A DNA stretch of 64,000 nt from an uncultured cyanobacterium (GCA_963765575.1 CAVXWZ010000008.1:160001-224000), one strand, 5' to 3'; shown: positions 44,044 to 54,161, numbered from the stretch's first letter. The notes: generated from the sequence alone by a model not told the origin. Translations and numbers: made by a program.

Positions 44044-45761
44044 GCCGCCCCTGTCCCTGGTGGAGGCGGGATCGCCGGCCCGGCCGACCCTGGTGGAAGG
44101 ATGCGGTGATCTATCAGATCCTGCCCTGGAGTTTTCTGGATACCAGCGGCACCGGTGTGGGCGATCTGCAGGGAATTATCCGCAAGCTCGATTATGTCGC
44201 GTCGTTAGGTGTTGATGCCATCTGGCTGACGCCTTTCTATGAGTCACCCATGAAGGATCTGGGCTATGACATCACCGACATGCTTGATATCGATCCCCTC
44301 TTTGGGGTGATGAAGGATTTCGAGTCGCTCCTGGATATTGCCCATGACATGGGCCTCAAGGTGGTGATTGACCAGGTCTGGAATCACACCTCACAGCTGC
44401 ATCCTTGGTTTGTGGAAAGTGCCGCCAGTCGCACGAATCCTAAGTTTGACTGGTATGTCTGGCAGGATCCCCGCGACGATGGTTCCCCGCCGAACAATTG
44501 GCTGTCAGCGTTCATGGGGCAAAGTGCCTGGCAATGGCATCAGGGGCGTCAGCAGTACTACCTGGCCAACTTCCTGCCGTGCCAGCCCGAGCTCAATTGG
44601 CACAACCCCCAGGTGGTGGAGGCTGTGCATGATCTGGCACGCTTCTGGCTGGACAAGGGGGTCGACGGTTTTCGCATCGATGCGGTGAACTTCTTCCTTG
44701 AGGACACCGCTCTTCGTGACAATCCGGAGCGCACGCCTGAGATGGGCCTTCCGGACGGGATCTCGCCTGACAACCCGATGGTTCGCCAGCAGTTCGTGAA
44801 CAGTTTCTGTCGCCCAGAGATGTTCGACCTGTTGCCGGCTATCAGGGCTCTGCTGGATTCCTATCCGAATGTGCTGAGCCTCGGTGAAGTGACACTGTGT
44901 GAGGACTCCATCGCCCTCTCCGGTGACTATGTGCAGGGGCGCGATCGTCTGCACCTTGCCTACAACAGTTCGCTGCTCCAGGACCAGCCCCTGTCGATGG
45001 CGATGCTGCGAGAGGTGATCGAGCGCACCCTGCGGCACTTCCCCGACCAGGGCCAGTGCTGGATGGTGGGGAATCACGACTACGGACGCTTCCGCTCGCG
45101 CTGGACGGGCAGCGATCAGCACGGTCACCCCTATCCGGAGGTCGCCTATCACATGATGGCGGCCCTGCTGATCTGCCTCCCCGGTGCCTTATGCCTCTAC
45201 CAGGGGGATGAGCTCGGTTTGCCGGAGGCTCGCATTCCCGCCGATATTCCCGAGGACCGGCTCCGGGACTCGTTCGGGAAGGCGCTCTATCCGGTTCTGC
45301 CCGGTCGGGATGGCTCCCGAACGCCGATGCCCTGGACAGCCAGCGGTCCCCAGCTGGGGTTCACCACCGCCGGCCAGCCCTGGCTGCCGATCCCTCGCGG
45401 GCACAGGGCCCTGGCAGTGGACCGCCAGACGAAGGATCCCAGCTCCCTGCTCAACACCTGGCGGCGGTTGCTGAACTGGCGTCGGGGCCAGCTCGCACTG
45501 CACAGCGGTGCCATCAGATTGCTGGATACGCAGGAGCCCCTGCTGGCCTTTCTGCGCGGGGATGACGAGCATCTGGGTGTGTTCTGCCTGTTCAACACCA
45601 GTGGACGTTGGGCTGAGTTTGATCCCTCACAGCATGGGCTGATCGATCAGCCCCTGCGTGCCTCCCTGGCGATCCCAGGCCTGATTCCTTTCGGCGAAGA
45701 TCACGTTTGCGGCGAGATTCTGCGATGCCCTCCCTACGGAGCGTTGGTGGTGGAGCGATGA
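44040..45761 (+). CDS. GH13 alpha-glucosidase-like protein (copy 1)
   Basis: [33 protein letters not shown] and YQGDELG motifs. Confidence 0.9.
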   Translation: MSRPCPWWRRDRRPGRPWWKDAVIYQILPWSFLDTSGTGVGDLQGIIRKLDYVASLGVDAIWLTPFYESPMKDLGYDITDMLDIDPLFGVMKDFESLLDIAHDMGLKVVIDQVWNHTSQLHPWFVESAASRTNPKFDWYVWQDPRDDGSPPNNWLSAFMGQSAWQWHQGRQQYYLANFLPCQPELNWHNPQVVEAVHDLARFWLDKGVDGFRIDAVNFFLEDTALRDNPERTPEMGLPDGISPDNPMVRQQFVNSFCRPEMFDLLPAIRALLDSYPNVLSLGEVTLCEDSIALSGDYVQGRDRLHLAYNSSLLQDQPLSMAMLREVIERTLRHFPDQGQCWMVGNHDYGRFRSRWTGSDQHGHPYPEVAYHMMAALLICLPGALCLYQGDELGLPEARIPADIPEDRLRDSFGKALYPVLPGRDGSRTPMPWTASGPQLGFTTAGQPWLPIPRGHRALAVDRQTKDPSSLLNTWRRLLNWRRGQLALHSGAIRLLDTQEPLLAFLRGDDEHLGVFCLFNTSGRWAEFDPSQHGLIDQPLRASLAIPGLIPFGEDHVCGEILRCPPYGALVVER

Positions 45762-47428
45762 GCACGGGCGCTGCGTGGTGGCGGTCGGCGGTCATCTATC
45801 AGATCTACCCCCGCAGCTTCATGGACAGCAGTGGTGATGGCGTCGGTGATCTGAACGGGATTATCGAGAGGTTGTCCTACGTGGCCTCCCTTGGCGTGGA
45901 TGCCGTCTGGGTGTCACCGTTTTATGTCTCGCCGATGAAGGACTTCGGCTATGACGTCAGCAACTATCGCCAGGTGGATCCCCTCTTCGGGACACTCAAT
46001 GATTTTCGTCGACTCCTCAGTCAAGCCCATGGCCTGGGTCTCAAGGTGATCATCGATCAGGTCTGGAGCCATACCTCAGACCAGCACCCCTGGTTCGTCG
46101 AGAGCAGCAAAAGTCGTCACAATCGCCATGCCGACTGGTATGTCTGGCATGACCCCGGCCCCGGGGCGCAGCCCCCCAGCAACTGGCTGTCCACCTTCGG
46201 CGGCCCGGCTTGGACATGGGAGCCCCAGCGCCGCCAGTATTATCTCCACCATTTTCTCAAGGAGCAGCCTGCTCTCAACTGGCGCAACCCCGAGGTGCAG
46301 GACGCGATGCTGGATGTGGGGCGCTACTGGCTCGACATGGGTGTCGATGGTTTTCGCTTCGACGTCATCAACTTTCTGGTGGCTGATCAGCACTGCCGTG
46401 ACAATCCCCTGCGCCTTCCGGGCATGGCACTGCCCGACGGTGCCTTCGGAGAGGTTCCCTTCTTTCGCTTTTTGAATACCTACAACCAGGGCCGGCCGGA
46501 GTCGCTGGAGATGGTGAAACGCATTCGCGCCCTGCTTGATAGCTATCCCAACCGCACCAGTCTGGCCGAGGTGTCTTGCGCCGAGGACGCGATCGCCGAT
46601 GCGGCCGCCTACGTGGATGCCCCGGACAAGCTGCACATGGCCTACAACGCATCCCTGATGAGTGAGGCTCCCCTCGACCGAGCCCGTCTGACGGGCATCA
46701 TCGAGCGGATGCAGGATCATTTCCAGTCTGGAATTCTCTGCTGGACCGCCGGAACCCACGACTTTCCCCGTCTCGCCTCCCGCTGGCACGGCGCCCTGAT
46801 GGACGAACACTTCAGCCAGGAGGCCTTCGATCATCAGCTCGCCGCGCTCCAGATCAGCCTGAAGGGCAGTTGCTGCATCTATCAGGGGGATGAACTGGGT
46901 CTGCACCAGGCCGAGATCCCCCCCGAGCGGATGCAGGACCCCTTCGGCATCCGGGGCTATCCGCTGGTGCTGGGTCGCGATGGTTGCCGTACCCCCATGC
47001 CCTGGACGATCGACGGGGATCAGGCCGGCTTCACCACAGCGCCTGAGGCCTGGTTGCCGCTGCCACCGGAGCATCGCCGCCTGGCGGTGGAGGCCCAGGA
47101 GCGCGATTCCCAGTCGCTGCTCAACAAATACCGTCGTCTGATCCACTGGCGCCGCCGTCAGCCGGCCCTCACCGATGGAGACCTGCAGCTCCTGCCCAGC
47201 GACGACCCTGTCCTGGCCTTCTGTCGCCGGTCCGCCGGCCAGAGCCTCCTGTTCGCGTTCAATTTCAGCGGGCAGCCGGTGTACCAGTCCTTGAACAGCT
47301 GGCCTGCCTGCCAGCAGGCCGATGAACTGGATTTTCAGGTGCGCTGTTTTGAGCGCACCGTGGAGATTCCCGCTTACGGGGTGTTCATCGCTGTGGTCGA
47401 GCCTGCAGCCGCGACCAGCGATCGGTGA
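45758..47428 (+). CDS. GH13 alpha-glucosidase-like protein (copy 2)
   Basis: WWRSAVIYQIYPRSF, DFGYDV, GFRFDVI, AEV, THD, YQGDELG and RDGCRTPM motifs. Confidence 0.92.
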   Translation: MSTGAAWWRSAVIYQIYPRSFMDSSGDGVGDLNGIIERLSYVASLGVDAVWVSPFYVSPMKDFGYDVSNYRQVDPLFGTLNDFRRLLSQAHGLGLKVIIDQVWSHTSDQHPWFVESSKSRHNRHADWYVWHDPGPGAQPPSNWLSTFGGPAWTWEPQRRQYYLHHFLKEQPALNWRNPEVQDAMLDVGRYWLDMGVDGFRFDVINFLVADQHCRDNPLRLPGMALPDGAFGEVPFFRFLNTYNQGRPESLEMVKRIRALLDSYPNRTSLAEVSCAEDAIADAAAYVDAPDKLHMAYNASLMSEAPLDRARLTGIIERMQDHFQSGILCWTAGTHDFPRLASRWHGALMDEHFSQEAFDHQLAALQISLKGSCCIYQGDELGLHQAEIPPERMQDPFGIRGYPLVLGRDGCRTPMPWTIDGDQAGFTTAPEAWLPLPPEHRRLAVEAQERDSQSLLNKYRRLIHWRRRQPALTDGDLQLLPSDDPVLAFCRRSAGQSLLFAFNFSGQPVYQSLNSWPACQQADELDFQVRCFERTVEIPAYGVFIAVVEPAAATSDR

Positions 47429-48137
47429 GATCAGCAATCCGCTCCATGGCCCGTTGCCGGGAGGGATCGTCGGCCCACTCGCCGAGCAGTTGCCGCCGCA
47501 GTCCGCCGCTGGCAGGCGTGAGGTGGTCGCCCGGCAGTTCCTGGAGGCTGCTGGCGTCGTCGGGGCGGGCTTGCAGCACCCCGAGCAGGCGGCTGCTCTG
47601 GTCGATGTTGTCGCGGCTGAAGCGCACAAGCAGGTTGCGCGGCTGGCGATAGCTGACGGCCACCTGCCGCAGGGTTTCCTCCGGGGAGGGGCTGAACTCG
47701 CTGCGGAAGCGGAACTGCTGCCCCAGTTCAGCCAGCAGGGGGATCGAGCGCTCCGCTGAGAAGTTGTTGAAACTCAGGGCCACCAGGCCCTGCGAGCGGC
47801 GGCCGCCATCGGGGGCGAGCAGATGCAGCTTGCAGCCCAGGCTGTGGCCCAACCGCAGGGGGTCTGCTGGTGGCAGCGCACCCAGCTCGTCGAGGGCCTG
47901 GCGTTGCTCGCGAAACCGTCTCCAGGCGGCGTTGGCCTGGGCCTGGTGATCGAACCCCGGCACGTAGCTCCAGGCATGCACCCGCCAGCCCAGCCGGGCC
48001 ACGGCCTCGAGCAGGCGGCGGTAGCTGAGCTGGGGGTTGCTGGCCAGGTAGCTGCCACCGATGAATTCCACCAGCCCCCGGGGCTGGACACTGGGCTCCA
48101 GCAGCCAGAGCTCATCCTGCTGCCGCCAGCGCGCCAT
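47385..48137 (-). CDS. DUF1350 family alpha/beta hydrolase-like protein
   Basis: FIGGSYL, GHSLGCKLHLL, SFNN and GDHLTP motifs. Confidence 0.85.
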   Translation of the reverse strand: MARWRQQDELWLLEPSVQPRGLVEFIGGSYLASNPQLSYRRLLEAVARLGWRVHAWSYVPGFDHQAQANAAWRRFREQRQALDELGALPPADPLRLGHSLGCKLHLLAPDGGRRSQGLVALSFNNFSAERSIPLLAELGQQFRFRSEFSPSPEETLRQVAVSYRQPRNLLVRFSRDNIDQSSRLLGVLQARPDDASSLQELPGDHLTPASGGLRRQLLGEWADDPSRQRAMERIADLTDRWSRLQARPQR

Positions 48138-48148
48138 GGCTGCGGCCC

Positions 48149-48610
48149 TCAGCCCTGCAGCCGCTGCAGCGCCTCAAGCGCCTCGCGGCGATGGGCCGGC
48201 CCGTCGAGCAGGTTGTTGAACACGTGCCGGATCACCCCGGCAGCGTCGATCACGTAGGTGACCCGGCCGGGCAGCAAGCCCAGCACCGCCGGCACGCCGA
48301 AGGCCTTGCGCAGGCTGTTGCCGCGGTCCACCAGCAGCGGATAGGGCAGCTTGTGGCGGGAGGCGAAGCGCCCATGGCTGGCGGCGTCGTCGCCACTCAC
48401 CCCCCACACCTCAGCGCCCAGGGCCTGGAGGTCGGCGTAGCTGTCGCGGAAGGCGCAGGCCTCCATCGTGCAACCGGGGGTGTCGTCCTTGGGATAGAAG
48501 AACAGCACCAGGGCCTTGCCGTCCAGCTGGTCGCTGCGGCGCTCGATGCCCTCCTGGTCGGGTAGGGCGATCGGGGGGGCGCTGTCGCCGGCGGCGAGCG
48601 CTGGGGCCAT
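48149..48610 (-). CDS. Peroxiredoxin (BCP/PrxQ type)
   Basis: FFYPKDDTPGCTMEAC motif. Confidence 0.93.
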   Translation of the reverse strand: MAPALAAGDSAPPIALPDQEGIERRSDQLDGKALVLFFYPKDDTPGCTMEACAFRDSYADLQALGAEVWGVSGDDAASHGRFASRHKLPYPLLVDRGNSLRKAFGVPAVLGLLPGRVTYVIDAAGVIRHVFNNLLDGPAHRREALEALQRLQG

Positions 48611-48639
48611 GACAACGGGAGCAGCGGCCGAAACCCTAC

Positions 48640-49611
48640 TTGCATCGGCTGGGACGATGGGAGGCAGCGTCTGAGCCGGATGTGAGTGGTCCCTCCCCCC
48701 AGCAGCCCACCCCTTGGCAGCAGCCGGATCTGCTGTCACTGATTGCGCCGCCCTCCCTTTCGCCCGCTTCAACAGCGGCTGCGGCCGAGCCAGCGGCGCA
48801 GCCAGCGCATGCGCCAGCGGCAGGGCCAGCTGCCGATGCGGCTGATCCCGAGGCCCCGACGCTGGCTCCCCGCGGTTGTCCCGCCACCCTGCTGATCCTC
48901 GACACCGAGACCACCGGCCTCGATCCGGCCCAGGGGCGTTGCATCGAGGTGGGCGCCATGCTCTTCGCGGTAGCCGAGCGCGCCGTGCTCAACCAGGTGT
49001 CATTCCTGCTGCCGGTGGCCACCAACCCCGCCGAGCACGTCAACGGCATCCCCGCCGCCGTCAGCCGCCTGTCCCAGCCCTGGCAGGCGGGCCTGCAGTG
49101 CTTCAGCGCCATGCTCGCGGCGGCGGACGCGGTGCTGGCCCACAACGCGGCCTTCGATCGCCAGTGGTTCGGCATCGAGCCCCTGCCGCCGGTGGCCAAG
49201 CCCTGGATCTGCTCGATGGACGACATCCGCTGGCCGGCGGACCTGCATCTGCGCGCCGCGCCCTCGGTGCGTGATCTGGCCCTGGCCCACGGGGTGCCCG
49301 TGTGGGCGGCCCACCGCGCCCTCACCGACTGCATCTACCTGGCCGAGGTGCTGGAGCGCTGCAGCGACCTTGAAGAGCTGCTCTGCGGCGCCCTGGAGCC
49401 CCGCCACCTCTACCGCGCCCGCCTCTCCTACGCCGAGCGCCACAAGGCCCGGGAGGCGGGCTTCCGCTGGAACGCCGCCGTGGCGGGTGCCTGGAGCCGC
49501 CGCCTCAGCGAGTCCGAAGCCGCTGCCCTGGCGTTCCCGGTGCAGCGGCTTGAGGCGGATGGACAGCCCCCCGCCGACCCTGGCGACCACCGGGCGCCGC
49601 TGGCCGCCTGA
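48640..49611 (+). CDS. DEDDh 3'-5' exonuclease (DnaQ-like)
   Basis: LDTETTGLD, AHNAAFD and AHRALTD motifs. The start may be a downstream GTG (~48682). Confidence 0.88.
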   Translation: MHRLGRWEAASEPDVSGPSPQQPTPWQQPDLLSLIAPPSLSPASTAAAAEPAAQPAHAPAAGPAADAADPEAPTLAPRGCPATLLILDTETTGLDPAQGRCIEVGAMLFAVAERAVLNQVSFLLPVATNPAEHVNGIPAAVSRLSQPWQAGLQCFSAMLAAADAVLAHNAAFDRQWFGIEPLPPVAKPWICSMDDIRWPADLHLRAAPSVRDLALAHGVPVWAAHRALTDCIYLAEVLERCSDLEELLCGALEPRHLYRARLSYAERHKAREAGFRWNAAVAGAWSRRLSESEAAALAFPVQRLEADGQPPADPGDHRAPLAA

Positions 49612-49644
49612 ACCCCTGCCGGCCTGAGCGCCTGCAGCCGCGCC

Positions 49645-49678
49645 AAAAAAAATCGGCAGGCCTGGGAAGGCTGCCGAT
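49645..49678 (-). terminator. Terminator downstream of tRNA-Pro
   Basis: ATCGGCAG/CTGCCGAT stem next to an A8 run (U8 on the minus strand). Confidence 0.7.
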
Positions 49679-49696
49679 CGCACGTCAGAACCGGAA

Positions 49697-49770
49697 TCGG
49701 AGCGGCGGGATTTGAACCCACGACCCCCACTACCCCAAAGTGGTGCGCTACCAAGCTGCGCTACGCCCCG
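49697..49770 (-). tRNA. tRNA-Pro (GGG)
   Basis: Reverse complement reads CGGGGCGTAGCGCAGCTTGGTAGCGCACCACTTTGGGGTAGTGGGGGTCGTGGGTTCAAATCCCGCCGCTCCGA. Anticodon GGG, no encoded CCA. Confidence 0.97.
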
Positions 49771-49794
49771 ACAAGGTCCGGCAAACGCAAGCTA

Positions 49795-50157
49795 TCACAG
49801 TGCTTTGCGGTGGCTACCGCTCCCCTGACGCCGGCGCTGCAGTCGGCGCAGCAGCCGGCGCGTGAGCCGCTCGCGGCCCTGCCCTGCGTAGCCCGGCAGG
49901 CGCAGGTCGTGGGCCAGGAAGCGCAGTTCCGCCAGCCCCATGCCCGCCAGCCGCAGTTCCGGCAGCTGCTGCCAGGCCCCGTCGGCAGCGGGCAGCCGCA
50001 GGTCCTGACGAGCAGGGCCCCAGCGCCCCAGGGCCCCTTCCGCCATCCACTCCGGCACCAGCACCACCAGCACCGCCAGCAGGCCATAGAGCTCCACCAG
50101 GCCGCGGGGCAGGGGATGACGCGGCTTCGGCGCACCATCGCGACCGGCGTCATTCAA
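49795..50157 (-). CDS. Hypothetical membrane protein
   Basis: TM segment ELYGLLAVLVVLVPEW. Its ATG overlaps the upstream gene's stop. Confidence 0.65.
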   Translation of the reverse strand: MNDAGRDGAPKPRHPLPRGLVELYGLLAVLVVLVPEWMAEGALGRWGPARQDLRLPAADGAWQQLPELRLAGMGLAELRFLAHDLRLPGYAGQGRERLTRRLLRRLQRRRQGSGSHRKAL

Positions 50158-50336
50158 ACCGCCAGGCCCCGGCGGCTGCCGGCCAGTTCGGGGGCCACGG
50201 CCGAGGGGCCGTCACGCCATTGCAGCTGGGGCTCTGGCCGGGGTTGCAGCTTCACCGTCCAGAGCACCAGGGCGAAGCACAGAGCGATGGTGGAGAGCAG
50301 CACGAGCAGTACCACCCGGTCCGGCAGGGGAGTCAT
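50154..50336 (-). CDS. Small hypothetical membrane protein
   Basis: Single TM helix, tightly packed with its neighbours. Confidence 0.55.
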   Translation of the reverse strand: MTPLPDRVVLLVLLSTIALCFALVLWTVKLQPRPEPQLQWRDGPSAVAPELAGSRRGLAV

Positions 50337-50344
50337 GGCGATGC

Positions 50345-50659
50345 TCAGACCCGCTCGGTGCGGGTGCACTGGATGCGACTGGGAAGCTGCTCGATGGTGA
50401 GCAGATCGCCCTGCAGGATGAGTGTCAGGCGCGGGTTCGCGTAGCGGATGCCGGGCAGGGGCGAGTCGTCGCGGAAGGCTGTGGTGCGATAGCGGCCGGT
50501 GGTCAGCGCCGCCTGGGCATCATTGCGCTCGAGCTGCACCCTGCCAAGGCGGGGGCAGAGGAAGCTGTCGCTGGTCTCGTAGTGCTCCCACCACGGCGAG
50601 GCCTGGGCCAGCACGCTGGCGGCCGCGATCAGCAGCAGGTGGGGAACCGCAACAGCCAT
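50345..50659 (-). CDS. Small secreted protein, possibly MliC/PliC-like
   Basis: Signal peptide, a Cys near each end, and GIRYAN..LILQGD. Confidence 0.55.
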   Translation of the reverse strand: MAVAVPHLLLIAAASVLAQASPWWEHYETSDSFLCPRLGRVQLERNDAQAALTTGRYRTTAFRDDSPLPGIRYANPRLTLILQGDLLTIEQLPSRIQCTRTERV

Positions 50660-50669
50660 GGCGGGCAGA

Positions 50670-51425
50670 TCAGTTTGCGGGGGACGCTGCCAATTGAATC
50701 GGTGCGTTGTCACCGCGCAGGACGCAGTGGCTGATCGACCAGTCGTAGCAGTCCCAGACCTTCGGATCCAGTCGGTAGTGGGCGCCGGGGAAGGCGCCCA
50801 GGCGCTGGCCGCTGGGCTGGGCGGAGCAGTAGGGACGGCTGCCGGGCTTGGCCAGGTATTGCTGGTGGTAGGGCTCGGCGAACCAGAAGCGCTGGCCGCT
50901 GCTGATCTCGGTGGTGATGGGCCCATGGCCGGCCCCCTCCAGCAGCGCCTGGTAGGCCGCTTTGCTGGCTTCGGCCTGCTCGAGCAAGGCGGCATCGTTC
51001 ACGTAGATCGCCGATCTGTACTGGGAGCCCCGGTCGTTGCCCTGGCCATCACCCTGGGTGGGGTCGTGGCATTCCCAGAACAGCTTGAGCAGGTCGCTGA
51101 AATCGATCAGGGCCTGATCCCAGACCACCCGCACCACTTCGGCATGGCCACTGCGACCGGAGCACACCTGCTGGTAGCTGGGCTGCTCCAGCTGGCCGCC
51201 GGCATAGCCCACCGCCGTGGTGAGCACGCCGGGAAGCCGCCAGAAGCCCTTTTCGACGCCCCAGAAGCAGCCGCAGCCAAACAGGGCCTCGGCCTGCCCG
51301 GTCACGGGAAGCAGGCTGATCGGCGTGCCGAGCACCGCGTGGAGCGGCCCCCCGGCGGCGTCGTTGGGTACACCCGCACCGGCACTGGACCCCGCAGGCT
51401 GCCTGCCGAAGACTTGGCCGAACAC
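50670..51425 (-). CDS. msrA: Peptide methionine (S)-S-oxide reductase
   Basis: GCFWGVE, GHAEVV, QGNDRGSQYRS and AEPYHQQY motifs. Confidence 0.96.
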   Translation of the reverse strand: MFGQVFGRQPAGSSAGAGVPNDAAGGPLHAVLGTPISLLPVTGQAEALFGCGCFWGVEKGFWRLPGVLTTAVGYAGGQLEQPSYQQVCSGRSGHAEVVRVVWDQALIDFSDLLKLFWECHDPTQGDGQGNDRGSQYRSAIYVNDAALLEQAEASKAAYQALLEGAGHGPITTEISSGQRFWFAEPYHQQYLAKPGSRPYCSAQPSGQRLGAFPGAHYRLDPKVWDCYDWSISHCVLRGDNAPIQLAASPAN

Positions 51426-51453
51426 AGCGCCACCGCAACTGAGCGGAGCCTAG

Positions 51454-51732
51454 TCAGGCCGCCGGGGACTGCGGGCGCGGCTCCAGGGCGATGTGGTTGA
51501 GCAGGGTGGTGGTGAAGGCGAACACCAGGAACGGCAGCGACACCACCAGGATCAGCCCCACGCCCACCAGGGCGTACATGGGCCGGCTGGCCCCCATCAG
51601 GGCCAGACCGGCCGCCAGGCTCACGAAGATCACCGCCATCCAGATCAGAATCTGGGCATAGATGTCGCCGAAGCTCAGGGTGCAGCGCAGGTTGTAGGCC
51701 TGGGCCGGGAGCGGGGCTGGACCAGCGGACAT
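51454..51732 (-). CDS. Conserved cyanobacterial small membrane protein
   Basis: CTLSFGDIY motif followed by two TM helices. Confidence 0.7.
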   Translation of the reverse strand: MSAGPAPLPAQAYNLRCTLSFGDIYAQILIWMAVIFVSLAAGLALMGASRPMYALVGVGLILVVSLPFLVFAFTTTLLNHIALEPRPQSPAA

Positions 51733-51833
51733 GGGTCGGATGCGATGTCACCACCTAAGCCGGATTGCATCCATCTGAGCCGGCGCCGCAACAAGAGTTG
51801 CGCTTCGCAGCCGCCAGGCCCCAGGGGACGCCC

Positions 51834-53591
51834 TCAGCCGGCGCTGCGCATCTGTTCGCCCACCTGCTCCCGCGCCCACAGCCGCCGGTAGGTGCCCGGC
51901 ACCTTGAGCAGTTCGGCGTGGGATCCCTGCTGCACCAGCCGGCCCTCCTCCAGCACCAGCACCCGGTCGCAGGCGGCGGCCGCTGAGAGCTGGTGGCTGA
52001 TCATCAGCACGGTGCGGCCCTGGTTGCCCTGGCCGCGGATCGAGCGCAGGATCTGGGCGGCGGTGGTGTTGTCGACGCTGGCCAGCGCGTCGTCGAGCAC
52101 CAGCAAGGGCGCATCGACCAACATCGCCCGTGCCAGGGCCGTGCGTTGCCGCTGGCCGCCGCTGAGGGTGATGCCGCGTTCACCCACCAGCGTCTGGTAG
52201 CCATCGGGAAAGCCGCGGATGTCCCCCTCCAGCCGGGCCTCGGCCGCCACCGCCTGCACGGCGGCCAGGGAGGCGTCGGGTTCGCCGTAGCGCAGGTTGT
52301 CGGCCAGGGTGGCGGTGAACAGGTAGCCCTCCTGGGGCACCAGCGCCACCTGGCGGCGCAGGTCCTCGAGATCAAGACAGGTGATGTCCACCCCGTCCAG
52401 CCAGAGCTGGCCGGGGTCGATCTCCACCATCCGGCCCAGGGCCCGGGCCAGGGTGGTCTTGCCGCAACCCACCGGGCCCACCACCGCCACCAGCTCGCCG
52501 GGCTGCACGCGGAAGCTCACGTCGACCAGGGCCGGCCGCGGGGCGCCCGGATAGCGCAGCGTGAGGCCACGGGCCTCGATCGCCCCCCGGGGCCGGCGGG
52601 CAACGGGCTGGGGGTTGGCCGGCGACTCGATCAGCGGTTGGCGCTGCAGCAGCTGCTCCACCCGGTCCAGGCTCACCTGGCCGGTCTGGAAGGTGTTGAG
52701 GGTGAAGCCCAGCAGGGCGGTGGGAAACACCAGCCGCTCCACAAACAGGATCAGCGCCACCAGATCGCCGATGCTGAGCCGGCCCGACTCCAGCTGACCG
52801 CTGCCCAGGGCCAGCAGCAACAGCAGGCTGATCGAGGAGATGCCCTCGAGCAGGGGAAACAGGGTGCTGCGGGTGCGGGCCAGCCCCAGGGCCGCGTCCC
52901 GATACACGCGGTTGCGGCCGGCGAAGGCCTGCTGCTCCGTGGCCTCCTGGCCGTAGATCTTGATGGCGCTGATGCCGGAGAGGTCCTCCTGGATCAGGTC
53001 GCTCAACCCGGCCAGGGCCTCCTGCTGGCGGCGTTGCTGGCGCATCATGCGGCCGCCGAACAGCCGCACGGTGATCAACATCAGCGGGTAGAGCCCCACC
53101 GCGGCCAGGCTCAGCCAGGGGTCGATGCTGAGCATCGCCGGCAGGGTGAGGGCGTAGGCCAGGGCGGTGTTGGTGAGGCTGAGCACGGCGAAGCCGAGCA
53201 GGCGGCGCACGTTCTCCACATCGCTGGTGGCCCGGCTGATCACCTCGCCGCTGCCCGTGGTCTGCACCCAGCCCGGTTCCTGCAGGAGCAGATGGTCGAA
53301 GATGCGTTGCTTGAGGTCGGCCTCCACCTTGCGGCCGACGCCGAACACCAGCAGACGGGAGAGCAGGCGCATGCTGCCCATCAGCGTGGCCAGCACGGCC
53401 AGCACCAGGGCCATCAGCAGCACGTCGCGCAGCTCGAAGCCGTCCTGCAGGTCATCGATCACCCGCCGCACCAGCAGGGGGATGCTGACGCCCAGCAGGT
53501 TCACCACCACCAGGACCGCCACCCCCTGCAGCACGGTGCGGCGATGGGGGCGCAGGTAGCGCAGGATCAGATCGGCACGCAGGGCCGCCAC
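51834..53591 (-). CDS. ABC transporter, fused permease/ATP-binding (exporter)
   Basis: TM domain, GPVGCGKT, LSGGQRQR and LDDALA motifs. Confidence 0.95.
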   Translation of the reverse strand: MAALRADLILRYLRPHRRTVLQGVAVLVVVNLLGVSIPLLVRRVIDDLQDGFELRDVLLMALVLAVLATLMGSMRLLSRLLVFGVGRKVEADLKQRIFDHLLLQEPGWVQTTGSGEVISRATSDVENVRRLLGFAVLSLTNTALAYALTLPAMLSIDPWLSLAAVGLYPLMLITVRLFGGRMMRQQRRQQEALAGLSDLIQEDLSGISAIKIYGQEATEQQAFAGRNRVYRDAALGLARTRSTLFPLLEGISSISLLLLLALGSGQLESGRLSIGDLVALILFVERLVFPTALLGFTLNTFQTGQVSLDRVEQLLQRQPLIESPANPQPVARRPRGAIEARGLTLRYPGAPRPALVDVSFRVQPGELVAVVGPVGCGKTTLARALGRMVEIDPGQLWLDGVDITCLDLEDLRRQVALVPQEGYLFTATLADNLRYGEPDASLAAVQAVAAEARLEGDIRGFPDGYQTLVGERGITLSGGQRQRTALARAMLVDAPLLVLDDALASVDNTTAAQILRSIRGQGNQGRTVLMISHQLSAAAACDRVLVLEEGRLVQQGSHAELLKVPGTYRRLWAREQVGEQMRSAG

Positions 53592-53640
53592 GCCGCCAGT
53601 TCGAAGATGGGCCCAACCTAGGGATCACCGAGAGCTCGCC

Positions 53641-54003
53641 ATGGCCCCTCCCGCCGCCGCCGGATCAGCCCCGGGCGCCCCCCGCCAAGGCAGCGACCCT
53701 GCCGACGAACAGAGCCACCCCCTGCATGCGTTGGATCGCGTGGTCGTCGACAGCCTGCTGGCGGCCGAGACGCCCGCCGATGGCCAGCTGGTGGATGCCG
53801 CCCGGCTGCTGATGCGCTACGAGGGATTCCCGGGTGCCGTGGATCTCCAGGACGACCTGGCCAAGGTGCTGAGACTCTGGGGGCTGAGCCGGCAGGACCT
53901 GCATGAGCGCACCCGGGCGGTGTGGGCTCAGGGCTACCGGCCGCTGCCCTCCAACGCAGAGGCGGTGGGCTCGGGATTCGACACCACCGCTCAGGACAGC
54001 TGA
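53641..54003 (+). CDS. DUF3288 family protein
   Basis: QSHPLH..DR and [13 protein letters not shown] pattern. Confidence 0.8.
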   Translation: MAPPAAAGSAPGAPRQGSDPADEQSHPLHALDRVVVDSLLAAETPADGQLVDAARLLMRYEGFPGAVDLQDDLAKVLRLWGLSRQDLHERTRAVWAQGYRPLPSNAEAVGSGFDTTAQDS

Positions 54004-54129
54004 GGCGGCCGGCCCGAGCCGCGGGCGTGCCCCCCCCGGGGGGCTGTTGTGTCGATCACCCAGCGAAGTCGCCCCGGCCGTCGCCAGCACGGCGCCCACA
54101 GGGGATAGTGGAAAAGTCCCCATCACCCG

Positions 54130-54161
54130 GCCCGGTGTGCTCTGCACCCGGGCTTTTTTTT
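54130..54161 (+). terminator. Rho-independent terminator upstream of trpD
   Basis: GCCCGG-t-GTGC-tct-GCAC-CCGGGC followed by T8. Confidence 0.8.

Noticed and set aside
49697..49770. tRNA-Pro as an integration site
   Set aside because: No integrase and no duplicated tRNA 3' end seen. The flanking genes look native.
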